A stretch of 63,780 bases of DNA, filler included, from Squatina squatina (GCA_031763465.1; 3 parts of 3 records of this genome joined end to end with filler, not necessarily neighbours in it); one strand, 5' to 3'; shown: positions 37,718 to 50,839, numbered from the whole stretch's first letter. The notes: generated from the sequence alone by a model not told the origin. Program-made: numbers and translations.

Positions 37718-37919
37718 NNNNNNNNNNNNNNNNNNNNNNNNNNNNNNNNNNNNNNNNNNNNNNNNNNNNNNNNNNNNNNNNNNNNNNNNNNNNNNNNNNN
37801 NNNNNNNNNNNNNNNNNACCTTAGGTGCCAGTTATGGAACCAAGGTGAGTAGATGGAGTTAAGATACAGATTCGCCAAAATCAAATTGAATGGCAGAACA
37901 GGCTGAACGGTTTCTCCTA

Positions 37920-38210
37920 TCAAATCCTTTAATCAACTTAAGCACCTCAATTAGATCACCTATTAATCACCTATTAATTTACTCGAGGGAGTACAAACCT
38001 AGTTAATGCAACTTGCCCTCATAATTTAGCCCTTTTAGCCCAGGTATCATTCTGCTGAATCTGCGCTGCACCCCCACCAAGGCTAATATAACCTTCCAGA
38101 GGCGCCGTGCCCAGAACTGAACACAGTACTCTAAATGGGGTTTAACCAGAGCTTTATGTAATTGTAACATCACTTCCACCCATTGTATTCCAGCCCCCTT
38201 GAGTTATCCG
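37920..38210 (-). mobile_element. CR1 LINE 3' ORF2 fragment
   Basis: The minus strand reads LQLHKALVKPHLEYCVQFWAR...LVGVQRRFSRMIPGLKG. Confidence 0.75.
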
Positions 38211-38244
38211 TTTGTAACTCTTGTCCCATTATCTCGATGTGCAG

Positions 38245-38870
38245 GACCAGGCGGGAGCCGTAGAGCAGCAGTGTGCCGAGCAGCAAAGCCTGAAGGACCA
38301 GGCGGAACAGCTGTGCTCCATGTGCGAACCACAGGATCAGCTTCTCCATGGCAGGACTGAGGAGTGCTTTCAACTTTTCCAGCAGGCTAATCAGGTTGTT
38401 GAGCGAAGGAAAGAGGTCCTCAAACAGTTGGCTTCTTTCCTGGAAACCCACAGAGTTGCAGGAAACGTGCTTCACAGGATTAGAAAGACTGTTGAGACGG
38501 CAAGTAACTGGGACAAGGTGAAGACGGAGTTGCTGGATAAGGAGCTGGGCGATGTGACACCGGACATTAAACAATTGGAATCCCAAGCTACAGCCCTTGA
38601 TGCACTCATCAGTAAAGCTCAGTGCCATTTGAAGAATGTGGGTTCTGACTCGAGGACCTCCTGTAGGGCATTGGCAGAAGAACTAGAGACAGAACTAGAG
38701 TCTGCCCAGAACCTCCTGGGCACCAAACAAAGTGAAGCTGAAGCACTCAACTCCCTGTGGAAATCATTTAAAGAGCGTAAGGAACAGTTGTTGAAGACCA
38801 TCGAAGACATTGAAGAAAAGGCAGACAGTGAGGGTTTGAAAGAGCCTACTCTACCAGCTTTACAGCTCAG
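38245..38870 (+). CDS. SYNE1: Nesprin-1 large spectrin-repeat exon (626 nt)
   Basis: gatgtgcag|GAC CAG...CTC AG|gtgaat; ECFQLFQQANQVVERR...SKAQCHLK...RTSCRA...QNLLGTKQSEAEAL...LKEPTLPALQL. Confidence 0.92.
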
Positions 38871-39819
38871 GTGAATATACTCCAAGAGGGTGTGTTGGGT
38901 ACAGTACTGGACACAAATGGTCAAACATGGTTTTAAAAGGAATTTCTGGAATATTGCTGTTTTCAGCAGTTTTAAACAACAAACTTCATACTATTTGAGT
39001 CATGGCCTTTAACCCCAACAAATATTGGAGGGAAAAACATTTGGACTTGGAATAATCTCTGATCTACTTTTAACTCATTCTGCCCTTAGCCATTCTTTGG
39101 ACCCTATTTTGAAAGTCCTGTGACATGCAGAGTTTAATTCACTAGTCTACGCCAACCCAAAAGAGAGTATTGTGGCACTGTGTCATTAATTCTGGTACGA
39201 ACAATGAGCTTTTTGACTTGACCTGAAGTAAAGTAACAATGGAGTTCAGCTATTATACAAAACTGAATAAACCTCCAAACCCAAGAAATTCAATATCATT
39301 CAACAAGCTGCCAAATTGATTTTTTTAAAGGTCTGTTGAGTCATTGAAGCAAACATCTCACTGTAGCTTCCTTGAAGGAATGATTTCAATGCAAGCTTTG
39401 TGCAGAAATACTGTACAGACCTTGCCTACTGCTGCTATATAACTCGGACCAAGTGAACGGTGTCATATCCTGCCTGAGTGTCTAAAAGTGCTGACAGACT
39501 TCGAGGACCTTAGCTTCTAATTCTTTTTAATGTGTTTATTGTGTTTTGGATTATATTTTCAGGTTAGTCAAAGTGGCCAATCAAATTCTACCAATGAAAC
39601 AATTCTGTGGGATATAGCCATTGTGGGATATAGCCATTCATGATGTAGAGGACTTGGAACCATCATATGGTCAGTGTTCCAACACATGCACAAAGGATTG
39701 AGTTTCTATCTTCATCAAGCAGACGATAGCCCAGAAAAACACGTGTGTCAGAATCGATCTCTGATGGACAAACCTTGACTTTGCAGTTGAACCTGTTTTT
39801 CAGTGAGAAATGTGTAGTT

Positions 39820-40160
39820 AACAACAAGAACTTCCCTTTAACGTCCCAAACACTTCATAGAAGCAGGAGGAATAAAATGCACGCAGAACCGAGAAGCCAA
39901 AAGCTTGGCCAACGAGGTGGGTTTTAAGGAGGGTCATAAAGGAGACGAGGAAAGTGGGGGTTTGGATCGAGAATTCCAGATCATGGGGCCTAGGCAGCTG
40001 AAGGCACGGCTTCCAATGGTGGGGCTTGCACAAGAGGCCAGAGTCAGAGAAACAGAGAGTTCGGGGTGGTTTGGTTGCGGGAGTTGCAGAGCGCAGGAGT
40101 TTAGAGATGGGGAGGGAGCAAGGTCACAATAGGATTTGGATACAAGGATGGCCACTTTAA
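39820..40160 (-). mobile_element. L2-clade LINE 3' end
   Basis: PTIGSRAFSCLGPMIWNS...; homologous to 57262-57490. Confidence 0.65.
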
Positions 40161-41376
40161 ATTCAGGGACCGCGGTGACATCTCTGCAAAGCATCTTGGA
40201 ATGTTATTCTGCATCCCCAAATCTAGCCGCTTATTCCTTGGTGCTTCTTCTGGAAAGTCTTCGGCCATCTCCTCCCTCGCTGTTTGACGCATCAGATCAC
40301 TGTGCTTGCTACTATGACTTCATTTGGCAGTCGAGACCCAGGCAAAAGGCCAACAGCCATAGTGCACAGAAACCCCAAAACTGGAAGAAACGAGTTAAGT
40401 AATGAGTAGTGATGAGGTGATGCTAAACCGTAGGAGTTTGCCATACTCTGAGGTGATGTGTGTCTTCATATTAAGTATTTTTTCCGGTTGGCTCTCACCC
40501 TATTTACATTTGATGGGTGCAGCTTATTTTTTAGTGAGGGATAACGTGTCCCAGTAGAAGTACTCAAGTTTCACTAACTGCTGTACACTGAATGTTGCTT
40601 TCAGTTTAATGCTGGCAGGGCGAATTGAGAATAGTTGGGCTTTTTCTAAGCTTGGCCAGCAGAGTGAGTTGTAGATTATTTTGCAGTCTCTTTTTCTTTG
40701 GAGACTTTGAAAGCGTAACTGTATTGGTGACTTTGCGCGATGTCTGAACTTTGTGTGGCGGCTGTTTGACGGATGGGCTGCACTAGGTTGGNNNNNNNNN
40801 NNNNNNNNNNNNNNNNNNNNNNNNNNNNNNNNNNNNNNNNTGCCTCTTTTTGAGAGGGCCGTTAGCGCCTCTGAGATTGCGCTCCACTTCCTTTGATTGG
40901 CGGTAAGCCCAATTCGGCGGCTGGGGCGGGACTTTTGCCCCCAATCAAGGCGCAGAGCAATTTTGTCCCCTTAATTTTTTACCGCATGTAAAGCATAGCA
41001 GACCTCCATGGAAAAGCTCATTCGCAAAGGGTGACTGCATCTCAGTTCTGCGCTTTCTCTCTGTGTGCTTTGACGTATCTCACTCTGTAGAGAATGCTTC
41101 ACAATCTGTTTCTAGAAGTTTTTTGTTGTGTGGCACTGGTTAGATGGGCATGCTGTATCCCAGGTTAGATATTGTCTTCAGTCCTGCGCAGACCTCAAGC
41201 AAGTCAGCTTCTCAGTGTCTGGTCTGAAGGCTGCTGAAGGCTGAAGGATTTAATTAATTATGAAAGCAATCTGTCAATCAATTTCATTGATTTGAATACT
41301 TTCAGCATGAGTGAAATTGAAGGACATGGCTGTGTGCACACGTGGACATGTAAACCTGTACATATCTGTATGAAGT

Positions 41377-41604
41377 GTCAGCCAATGGCACTCTCACCTC
41401 TGAGTCAGCAGGTTGTGGGTTTAAGTCCCACTCTCAAGGCTTGAGCACAACATCTAGGCTGACACTCCAGTTCAGTACTGAGGGAGTGCTGCACTGTCGG
41501 AGGTGCCGTCTTTCAGATGAAAATTTAAACCGAGGTCCCGTCTGCTCTCTCAGGTGGACGTGAAAGATCCCATGGCACTATTTCGAAGAAGAGCAGGGGA
41601 GTTA
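41377..41604 (+). mobile_element. Deu-domain SINE (SacSINE1-like), 3' end truncated at the scaffold end
   Basis: Deu-like core ggtgccgtctttcagatga...taaaccgaggtcc...aagatcccatggcacta...gaagagcagggg; homologous to 44849-45320. Confidence 0.8.
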
Positions 41605-41704
41605 NNNNNNNNNNNNNNNNNNNNNNNNNNNNNNNNNNNNNNNNNNNNTTAATTAATTAANNNNNNNNNNNNNNNNNNNNNNNNNNNNNNNNNNNNNNNN
41701 NNNN
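41605..41704. other. Artificial scaffold-concatenation spacer with six-frame stop linker
   Basis: 44 N + TTAATTAATTAA (41649-41660) + 44 N, identical in layout to 27945-28044. Confidence 0.93.
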
Positions 41705-44700
41705 TCAGTTATATGATCATCAACTGTGGATACCCTATTAGACAGAGACCTGAAAAAAGCAGGTAATTGAGCAGAGGGTTTTTGGAGACCCTGGGGCAGC
41801 CTGAAGGTTCAGCAGGTAAATTTGATTCTTGTACGTTGATGATTTTCAGTTTTAGTAAAGTTTGCAAAAAGTAAACTTGATGCCCTTGCATGAACTTCCA
41901 GACCTGTATCATGTGGAAACATAGGGCTGTTACTTGGCATTACACAAAGGTTCTTTCAGCCATCTTCAGTTCTCTGAAAATACTGTAATTTCATAGCAAA
42001 ATATTTGTATGCATTTATTTGCAAAATACTTGTAACTGTTTGTTTGAGCTAGTTTTAGTACTTATGTCTCCACTTAGCCATTGGTTGACTGATTTAAGGG
42101 CAACATATTTGTATAATAGCAGTTTCTGCTGTCTGCTTTGTAGATGTGCCTGCTCAGTTTGACATAGCTATCCACAGACATTTTTTTACTGCACACATTA
42201 ATATTGAATTTTGTGCGGGACATAAATTGGACTGAGAACTGTTAATTGTAGTAACTCTTATAGGCAGCTCTAAAACATGATTTGCCTTGATAAGATTGCA
42301 GAAAAAAATATTTTAGATGTGATCTAAACATTTACAGCAACTGTCTTTTTAGAATTCATGCAATAATCAACTAAAAGAAAAGTAGAATACAGAGTGTATT
42401 AAAAATAAATACAGTATACAAGAGAATACAGCAAGTTACTGGCATTAAAGTCAGAAAATATTTGATCCTGAAAATATTTGATACTGTTTCGTTCTTAACA
42501 TGAGTGGGATTCGACAACAACTATATCACACCTCTTTAATCACAAGCCGGATGCTACTTATTGCTTCCTGGATGGATCATGCTGGGCTTGTCCATATACA
42601 CACACCAAAATACTGTCCATTACAATACATAAATGCCAACAGCAACATTGCTAAGATGCTTTTTCCATTTAAATGATACTGTCAAATTTGGCATACCCAG
42701 TACTAGTCATTAGTAGATACGTATAACCCAATAATATACTTGCAAAACATTGCATGTGGATTTACTGCTGGGTAGTATACAACTAAATACTGCATGACAA
42801 AGCACTAAACTGCCAAATACTGCACTCTCAAATATGGCACAGTCCAATTATTTACCATCAAAAGCTACACAACCTAACTCCATAAAACTATAGCGCCAAA
42901 TCATATGCTGCTATATGGAATCTAACACAATACTGTGCAGCCCAGTAACAAAATAGCAGACATTGCATATTGGCAATATACTATAAATACTACAGATTTG
43001 AATATTATATNNNNNNNNNNNNNNNNNNNNNNNNNNNNNNNNNNNNNNNNNNNNNNNNNNNNNNNNNNNNNNNNNNNNNNNNNNNNNNNNNNNNNNNNNN
43101 NNNNNNNNNNGAGTCCCATTCTTTGGAACCGAGCCAAATTATTTTCGCCAAGTGCCCACATTAAGGCTCCTTCTCGCAACAGAAAAAAAATGAATTCCAG
43201 TAACAGACAATCTCCCCCATTGTAAATCTTTAGAAGGCTACGTTTAAAAATAATCACAACTCAGACCTACATAACATTCTTTATTGCATATATCCCAGCC
43301 AGGTCAGAAAGTTCAAAGTATTTAAAGCATGTTCAGTCAGAGGAGCTGAAATGCCTGAGCCACTGCAGAAACCGACCATTATCTTTATTTATTGAACTGG
43401 AAAAAATATTTTGCAGCAGTCAAAATAGACACTTAAAGCACAACTTTACCTTGCATGTTGGCTGAATCATTGTATGCCATTCAAATATGTTGATGTTTGA
43501 ATCTAAATGAACTCACTTTAGCTTTTGGATATATTGCTGATAGGCAAACATCTGTATTTTTGTCACTTAACAGTTGTACCGGCATACTTTTTTGCAACTG
43601 CATGTTTGACAGCAGCTTTTTTTTATATGCCATTTTGCAAGACATAGTAACAAGATATTAAGATTTTTCATTTTTTGGGAGTTTGCGATTTCTAAAACAT
43701 GATGTGCTGCACAGGAAGTTCTTGAATTTTACAGTATAGCTTGGCGTTATCCAGTCTCTAAAAAGCTAAAGCACAATTAATTGGTTTGCTTTGAAACAAA
43801 TAAAAGCAATCCTTTATTTGCAAGGTAAATTAGATTTGTGGATGTGCCAGGTCTGGGACTAAGTTTCCGTTGGATTTTTTTCATGGGCACTAAATCTGGC
43901 ACAGAACACGGAAAACTGTGTAAGCAACAGTAAATGGCACAGACAACAGAAACTGCAGAACTCCTGAAGCTCCAAAGTGAAAACAGAACCCTTAACACAA
44001 ATAGTGTTTTTTTTTGCACTGTTAATCTTGTTGGCCCTGAATATCCATGGGGTTGTCCCAATCTCCTGCCATTAACTTCAATGGAACCCCAAGAAATGAC
44101 ATAAATCTCCATTTTCAGCCTTTACGCGGTTTCTTTAGGGGTTCCGCTGGTCTCCTATTGAAATTAAAGGAGGAAATCGTGACAACCTCAGCTATGTTCG
44201 GAGTCAGAGGACCATTAAAGACTGTATAGGGTCATTGAAGGATTCTACAGTGAAGAATCAGGTGGAATTCTGGATGNNNNNNNNNNNNNNNNNNNNNNNN
44301 NNNNNNNNNNNNNNNNNNNNNNNNNNNNNNNNNNNNNNNNNNNNNNNNNNNNNNNNNNNNNNNNNNNNNNNNNNNNAGGTACCAGCAGCTGCTCTTACTT
44401 GTGCTGTGTCTGTCCTCGAAATTTCTGACACCTTCCAAACCATTTTCCAAAGAGCTCCATAACTGCCGGCTAGCAAGACAGAAGAAGCATTAATTCTGTG
44501 AGTAATTATAGCCTATTCAGGGAATGTGATTTATTAATAATTTCCTGCACAATCTATTCCCACAAAACCAGTTACCTTTACAGTTCTGCTATGAATCTGA
44601 AAATGACAGCTGCCTTAATGCCCATTTCTAATCCGTATGGAAAGAACAGCTGCCTGCAGTGACAAACTGATGTCAATACCAACAGTTAAAGTTTCAGTCT

Positions 44701-44848
44701 TGTATTGGAAGACTGACTATCTGTAAAGACTTCGTGTAATCAGGCGTAAAGTCGATTGTTTCATGGCCTGGTTATACTGCACTGCTTGCTTCACTCCAGC
44801 ACCACTGTCAGCAGTGAGCCCCAGTTCTACTGTGTGTACCTTCACAGT

Positions 44849-45320
44849 GTCAAGTGTGGCTCAGTGGGTACCACACTTGCTTCTGTGTCAGCAGGCTGTG
44901 GGTTCAAGGTCCACTCCAGAGACTTGAGCACATAAAAAAAAAAATCTAGGCTGACACTGCAGTGCTGAGGGAGTGCAACACTGTTGGAGGCACTGTCTTT
45001 CAGATGAAAAGTTAAATTGCAGCCCCATCTGCCCTCTCAGGCAGATGTAAACAATCCCATGGCATTTTGAAGAAGAGCAAGGTAGTTATCCCTGGTGTCC
45101 TGGGCCAATATTTACCCCCCCAATCAACATAACAAAAAACAAATGTTCTGGTCATTATCACATTGCTGTTTGTGGGAGTTTGCTGCACATGCAAGTTGGC
45201 CGCTGCGTTTCCCACATTACAACAGTGATTACACACTAAAAGTACTTCTTTGGCTGTAAAGCGCTTTGAGATGTCATGGTCATGAAAGGTGCTATATAAA
45301 TGCAAGTCTTTCATTCTTTC
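44849..45320 (+). mobile_element. Near full-length tRNA-derived Deu-domain SINE (SacSINE1-like) with L2-type tail
   Basis: Pol III A box tggctcagtgg (44857-44867), B box ggttcaaggtcc (44901-44912), Deu-like core, and tail aagcgctttgagatgtc...aaggtgctatataaatgcaagtctttc. Confidence 0.82.
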
Positions 45321-47398
45321 TATTATTGAATAAAGACAAAACTCCATGCTCCAAGCATAGACTATAAATTACTGACGCCCAACTGTCAGTATCTTAAAAG
45401 AATTGACAATCCACATTTTATCCCTTGTTTTCATCGCTTTCTATTTCCCTATTTTATCTTAATATGTCTCTGAAGAAAGTGTCTGCCACCATATGAATTT
45501 TCCCATGTGTTTACACCTAATATTGTTATATAGTTGCTGATGTTTATTAACTTAAATCTAAATTCAGTGCAAAAACTCCTTCATCTGATGATGGCTCAGG
45601 GATGGCTGAGAAACATGATTCAAATCAGACTGGTGTACATACTCTAATTTTATTTCCTCATCACTTTTCGCTGAAAAAAGGCTGCACTGCACAAATCAAC
45701 TGGTAATTTGACATTGTCTGGTGGCTGAACAAGCTGGAGGCTGAGTTTAGTGTAAATAATAAAATATTGTATTTGACTGGACTCAACTTGATCTGAAATG
45801 AATGAAATTCCCTACTGTAAATTGAGAGCCTGTAGTAATAACCATTAAAAAAGTCTCCTACCTCTGCATTTAAGCAGTCTGCTTTCCACTAAAAATGATT
45901 TGATTTGCAGCACAGAAATGATACCACTACACCATGAATGTGCCATAGGATAGTTAATCGTGTTTTTCCTCGGTGTCTTGTCAAAACAAATTAAACTAAA
46001 ATTCATGGGTAAATCTGTGAAAAATAATGTAGATTTCAAGAAGGCCACATAACACAGTAGAAGAGATATGCCAGGGACTGGTAGAACAGATAGTATACTA
46101 GGAGAATCAATGAGACAAAAGGAAAGATGAAAGACACATTTGTGTGTGTGACTTGAAAGCAAAATATTTTTGCAAGCTCAGATGTGGTCTCAATTTTTCT
46201 GAAACATGCCCCATGATTAGGGCAAGTGATGAGGCACAATTTGGTACCCTGGTACAGGAATTTTGCACAGAAATTCCTGGAGGCAGTCATAATGAATGAA
46301 CAAATCACTTGTTGCAAAAATCATGACCCCGTGATACCCTTATATACTCTGAGCATATATCATTTATTTGATGTTGCCACTCTACTTGGTGCATTGCATA
46401 AAAGCTATTCTTTCCTGATAATGTAGCAAAACCTTGAATAGAATGGCATAGTGAAGGGGCAGGAGGATTGCAACTTGTCTGGGTAGGATCATATTCAAAA
46501 ATGCNNNNNNNNNNTCACCACAACATAATAACACTATCATTAAAAATTCTTATCTAAACAAATATAACAAAATAAATCTGAAAATTCACAAATCGCTTAT
46601 CAGCAAATTTTCACTGGGATTTTTTGATAAAAATTGACCTGATACTTGATCCTTTTTCCCACTATCCTCATAATACTCTATCATCTGTTATTCATTGCTG
46701 AATTTTCCAAACTTATGACATAAAAATCTTTAAAGCAGGGTCAAACTGAAGTTTGCAACACATAGACTTCAATTCAATATCGGGGATATTTTCCAAATTT
46801 GTGCTCCTTGTAGAAACATCAACCACTTTAAGTGCATGTCATTGATTCAGATATGCACTGCATGCGATATCCCAAACATTTAAATTAATGGTCAAAAAAT
46901 CATGTGCAGTGCTCACCTCAATTTCCAATATGCACTCCAGGTGGGTGAGTCTCCTTGCCGTGAGTGCAAAGGCAGAAGCCTACCCTTAAAATATATACAT
47001 AGGTGCCATTATTTGGGTTTTATACCAATGTTAGCAATAATTTTAAATGCCCACTTTTTAGCTTTTGTATGCTAGTTTACATGGAGTATAACACAACTTG
47101 AATTTATANNNNNNNNNNNNNNNNNNNNNNNNNNNNNNNNNNNNNNNNNNNNNNNNNNNNNNNNNNNNNNNNNNNNNNNNNNNNNNNNNNNNNNNNNNNN
47201 NNNNNNNNGTGCTTTTTACGTGCAATTTTTTTCTGCTGAAGCTTTCCAAAACACAGTATATTAGATATGAACACTCTCAAGGTGAACTAGGATTGTGATA
47301 TGGGGCCCAATGGGCAAAAGAAATATTCCGCTCAATGCTAAGTTTCTACAGCAGCCCTAGTCCCTGAAATTCTACGTGCCCTCCCCAAATACAGCAAT

Positions 47399-47490
47399 TC
47401 AGTTGAAGGTGATGGTCCACTGCTTCACACAAGCATCATGGGAAGTTGTCACCAGTGTATGTTCATCCAACCAAGCAACAGAGCTGACAG
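47399..47490 (-). CDS. WDR1: WDR1/AIP1 last coding exon (5' boundary uncertain; not in the ORF track)
   Basis: Minus strand [29 protein letters not shown] matches the WDR1 C-terminus as recalled ([26 protein letters not shown]). Confidence 0.9.
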
Positions 47491-48469
47491 CTAATGGGAC
47501 AACGATGAGTGGGAGAGCGCAACTGTATGATGGCCAGCTGTTGTGAAGTGGCAGTTCTGGAGTAGAGTACACCCATCTCTTTACACTTCATGCTCCTTCA
47601 AATTATCCAACCAGAAGCTCCCCTTCCCACTGCATTTTGTTGACCAGGAGATGGCCAAACCTGACAATTTCCAAGTTATGTGCATGCAGCAAAACACAAG
47701 TGGAATTTTTCAGTCAGTTTCACTCTCAGTTTCCACCATTAAACGGAATGTAAACAGTACGTGAGCAGGTACAGAAGAATAGGGATTCAAATTAGACACA
47801 TTCTTTTTCCATTGGTAGTAGTGACTGATCCAAGTTCACCAAGGGCATCTAAAGATTAGTCTTGCCTCATCCGCAGTCGGTGAAATTAATTAACAAGCCA
47901 ATGAACTACTTCCATCAGAGTAATTCTTGCAATTACAGCTCCCAAACTAGCAGTCATCATGAAACTGGAAAGTGTAATCTTGAACTTCATGGAGGCTTAG
48001 CTCACTGACGTGAACAGAGGTGATGTACACTTTCTCAAGTTGCAAATGTATGGTTAGTTTAGGCTGCAGCACAAAGCACTGAGTTATAGATTTTGATGTT
48101 CTGCACAGAGCAAGAAGAAATGCTTATAAAACCAAATTCCACTGTACATGAGAGCCTGGTGATTTAGTACAAATGAGCCCAGAGACTGACATCAAGCACA
48201 CTAATCACATTAAGTTCCAAACCAAACAAGATGCAACATCAACCATGCACACATTCACCCTTTCCAAAAGCTCAAATACACCCTCAGGGTGATTTCGTGG
48301 AACAATAGGCAGGGCCAAGCTACCACAGGTAATACTTACAGGCAGGTGCCATCAGATCACGATAGGGTNNNNNNNNNNNNNNNNNNNNNNNNNNNNNNNN
48401 NNNNNNNNNNNNNNNNNNNNNNNNNNNNNNNNNNNNNNNNNNNNNNNNNNNNNNNNNNNNNNNNNNNNC

Positions 48470-48625
48470 AAATCATTGAATATATTCAAGAGGGAGTTAG
48501 ACATAGTTCTTGGGGCTAAAGGGATCAAGGGATATGGGGAGAAAGTGGGAACAGGGTACTGAATTTGGATGATCAGCAAGCTCAGAGGGCCGAATGGCCT
48601 ACTCCTGCTCCTATTTTCTACGTTT
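48470..48625 (+). mobile_element. CR1 LINE 3' tail
   Basis: SLNIFKRELDIVLGAKGIKGYGEKVGTGY followed by gggccgaatggcctactcctgctcctatttt; same family as 673-1315. Confidence 0.8.
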
Positions 48626-49183
48626 TTGTGTCACTTTAATTCTCTGCTCCACTTCCACTGTCATCGGCCCCCATTTTTTTTTGCAGCTGATGATGATTCT
48701 GCGCATAGGTTTATTTTGTTTTATACTCAGTAGCATGTTTTTCCCAAGATCAAGCGACTTCAAATTGGATCTTGGGGTATCATGGTCCACATTGAAATTA
48801 CTTATTTCCCACTTCGTTTTAGGAGAGGGTGCCATGAAAAGTATGCAATTTCACTCCAGAACAAAGCAAAACTGGCATAAAAACTGCAAATGTTCAAGAA
48901 AAAAAAACGAACTAGTCTAATAGTATCAAAAATAATTACTTAATCTCAATTACAACAGTTTTTTAAAAAATAAACAATAGGCCTATACGGTATACTTGAT
49001 TGTTTAAACAAAGAGCTGCTTTATGGACTTCTAAGCGGTTCTTGAACAAGTCACTGGCAAGAATTATGGCTCACAATAATAAAAAAATTGACTACCTCTA
49101 AACTAAGACACCATATTAGCGTATTCTCTTGGCACTTCAGATATCAGTGTTTGGATCTAATACATGAATAGTAAGTTCAATAC

Positions 49184-49404
49184 CTTGATAATACGGAGAG
49201 GCTTGCTGGGATTTGTTTGATCCAGATAGTTAATACAGCCAGAAAGTGAAATGCTCAGCAAGTAATTATTCTGCCACAAGCAGCCCAATTGTTGGTCCAG
49301 TACATCAGACCCCATAGTAAATGTTGTCACTGCAGAGTTGGCTTCAACATCCCATAGCTTAACAGTCTTATCACCAGAAGCAGAAAGTAGGAATTTACTA
49401 TCAG
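49184..49404 (-). CDS. WDR1: WDR1/AIP1 internal exon (5' end lost in gap)
   Basis: [19 protein letters not shown]...[25 protein letters not shown]...PSKPLRIIK|gtattg, with the donor GT at 49183-49182. Confidence 0.93.
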
Positions 49405-49829
49405 NNNNNNNNNNNNNNNNNNNNNNNNNNNNNNNNNNNNNNNNNNNNNNNNNNNNNNNNNNNNNNNNNNNNNNNNNNNNNNNNNNNNNNNNNNNNNNNN
49501 NNNNTAATGGTGGCAATGCCTGTATGGTCGATGAATGAGATGGTAAAGTGTCTTCTGCATACATGAGAAAGTTAACCCAGACATATTTCAGGCAGTGCAA
49601 CAAATGATAAATTAAGAGAGCAGTGCTCCAAAGGTGAACTGTTGAGAGGCATTTGGGGTGAATGAAATAGCTAAGTGTTGAAGACAACAGAAAGGTCAAG
49701 ATATATAAGGAGGGACAGCAAGTCAGTCATGCAATCTGGTGTAGATGACTTTGACAAATGTGGCCTTCATGCTCTCGAGGGTTTCAAACAGGGAGTGGTG
49801 AAGGAGCTGGTAATGGAGTTGTGTAGAAA

Positions 49830-50235
49830 TACAGAAATTAAATATGGAGACAGGCTATTTGGCTCAACCAATCCATATTTTTCAACTGCTATGTGAGCAG
49901 TTATCCTTATCCCATGTGCCTACACTGTTTCCACATTCCTTTCATCTCTTTTCCTTCAACTGCCCATCTAACCTATTCTTAAATGTTGACCTGGTTTGTG
50001 CTTCAGTCATAACTCTAGTAGTGCAGTTCACTACCTGGCAACCCTAGAAGTTTCTCCTACTCTCTGTCCTAAGTCTCTTGGTTTAATGTATCTTTGTCCT
50101 TTCATTCCAGAACCATGAGAGAGTCTGTTTCTATCTATCCTGTCTGTTCCCTTCATAATTTTAAACACCTCCATCAAATCGTCCCATAATCTCCTCTGTT
50201 CTAATGGAAATAACCCCAATAAGTCATTCTTCATA
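49830..50235 (-). mobile_element. Old CR1 LINE 3' end
   Basis: LGLFPLEQRRLWDDLMEVFKIMKGTDRIDR. Confidence 0.7.
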
Positions 50236-50294
50236 TTTTATTTAGAGTAGGAGAAAAATATCAAAGTTAACAAAGTAACAGTCTTTATAGATAG

Positions 50295-50739
50295 GCCGTC
50301 TTAATTTCTCTGCTCCCCTCACTCACTATAAACTACCACCCTCTGAACTCGCAGCCCTCCGCTCTCCCAGATCCAACCCCAACATTGTCGTTAAACCTGC
50401 TGGCAAGGATGGCGCTGTTTGTTGGCGCACCGACCTCTACCTTGTGGAGGCCAAATGCCAACTCTATACACCTCCCCCTGGAGTCTGACCCCGTTACCGA
50501 ATATCAAGTCGTCATCTCCCAGACCATCACTGACCTCATTTCTTCCAGAGATCTTCCCTCCACGGCCACCAACCTCATAGTTCCCCAACCCCACACTGCC
50601 TGCTTCTACCTCCTTCCCACGATCCACAAACCGGACTGCCCTGGTAGACTCATCGTTTCAACCTGTTCTTGCCCCACGGAACTGATTTCCTCCTATCTTG
50701 ACTTTTTTTCCCTTTGTCCAGTCTCTTCCCACCGACATT
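50295..50739 (+). mobile_element. Penelope-like element, reverse-transcriptase N-terminal fragment
   Basis: NIVVKPAGKDGAV (KPADKG-like) and FYLLPTIHKPDCPGRLIVSTCSCPTELISSYLD are PLE RT motifs. Confidence 0.85.
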
Positions 50740-50839
50740 NNNNNNNNNNNNNNNNNNNNNNNNNNNNNNNNNNNNNNNNNNNNNNNNNNNNNNNNNNNNN
50801 NNNNNNNNNNNNNNNNNNNNNNNNNNNNNNNNNNNNNNN

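Noticed and set aside
40405-40455. C/D-box snoRNA (GTGATGA...CTGA)
   Set aside because: Boxes are only about 40 nt apart, with no terminal stem or recognisable guide sequence.
40841-40973. Promoter-like cluster (three CCAAT boxes, GC box, ETS-like site)
   Set aside because: Short, next to a gap, ends in a MITE-like terminus (aattttgtcccc-tta), and has no associated exon; more likely a repeat.
42590-43010. Recurring aatactg-like words suggesting an array
   Set aside because: Irregular spacing and low identity; degenerate low-complexity repeat, not CRISPR-like.
44857-44912. tRNA gene
   Set aside because: The A/B boxes belong to a SINE head that continues into the Deu core; no cloverleaf is evident.
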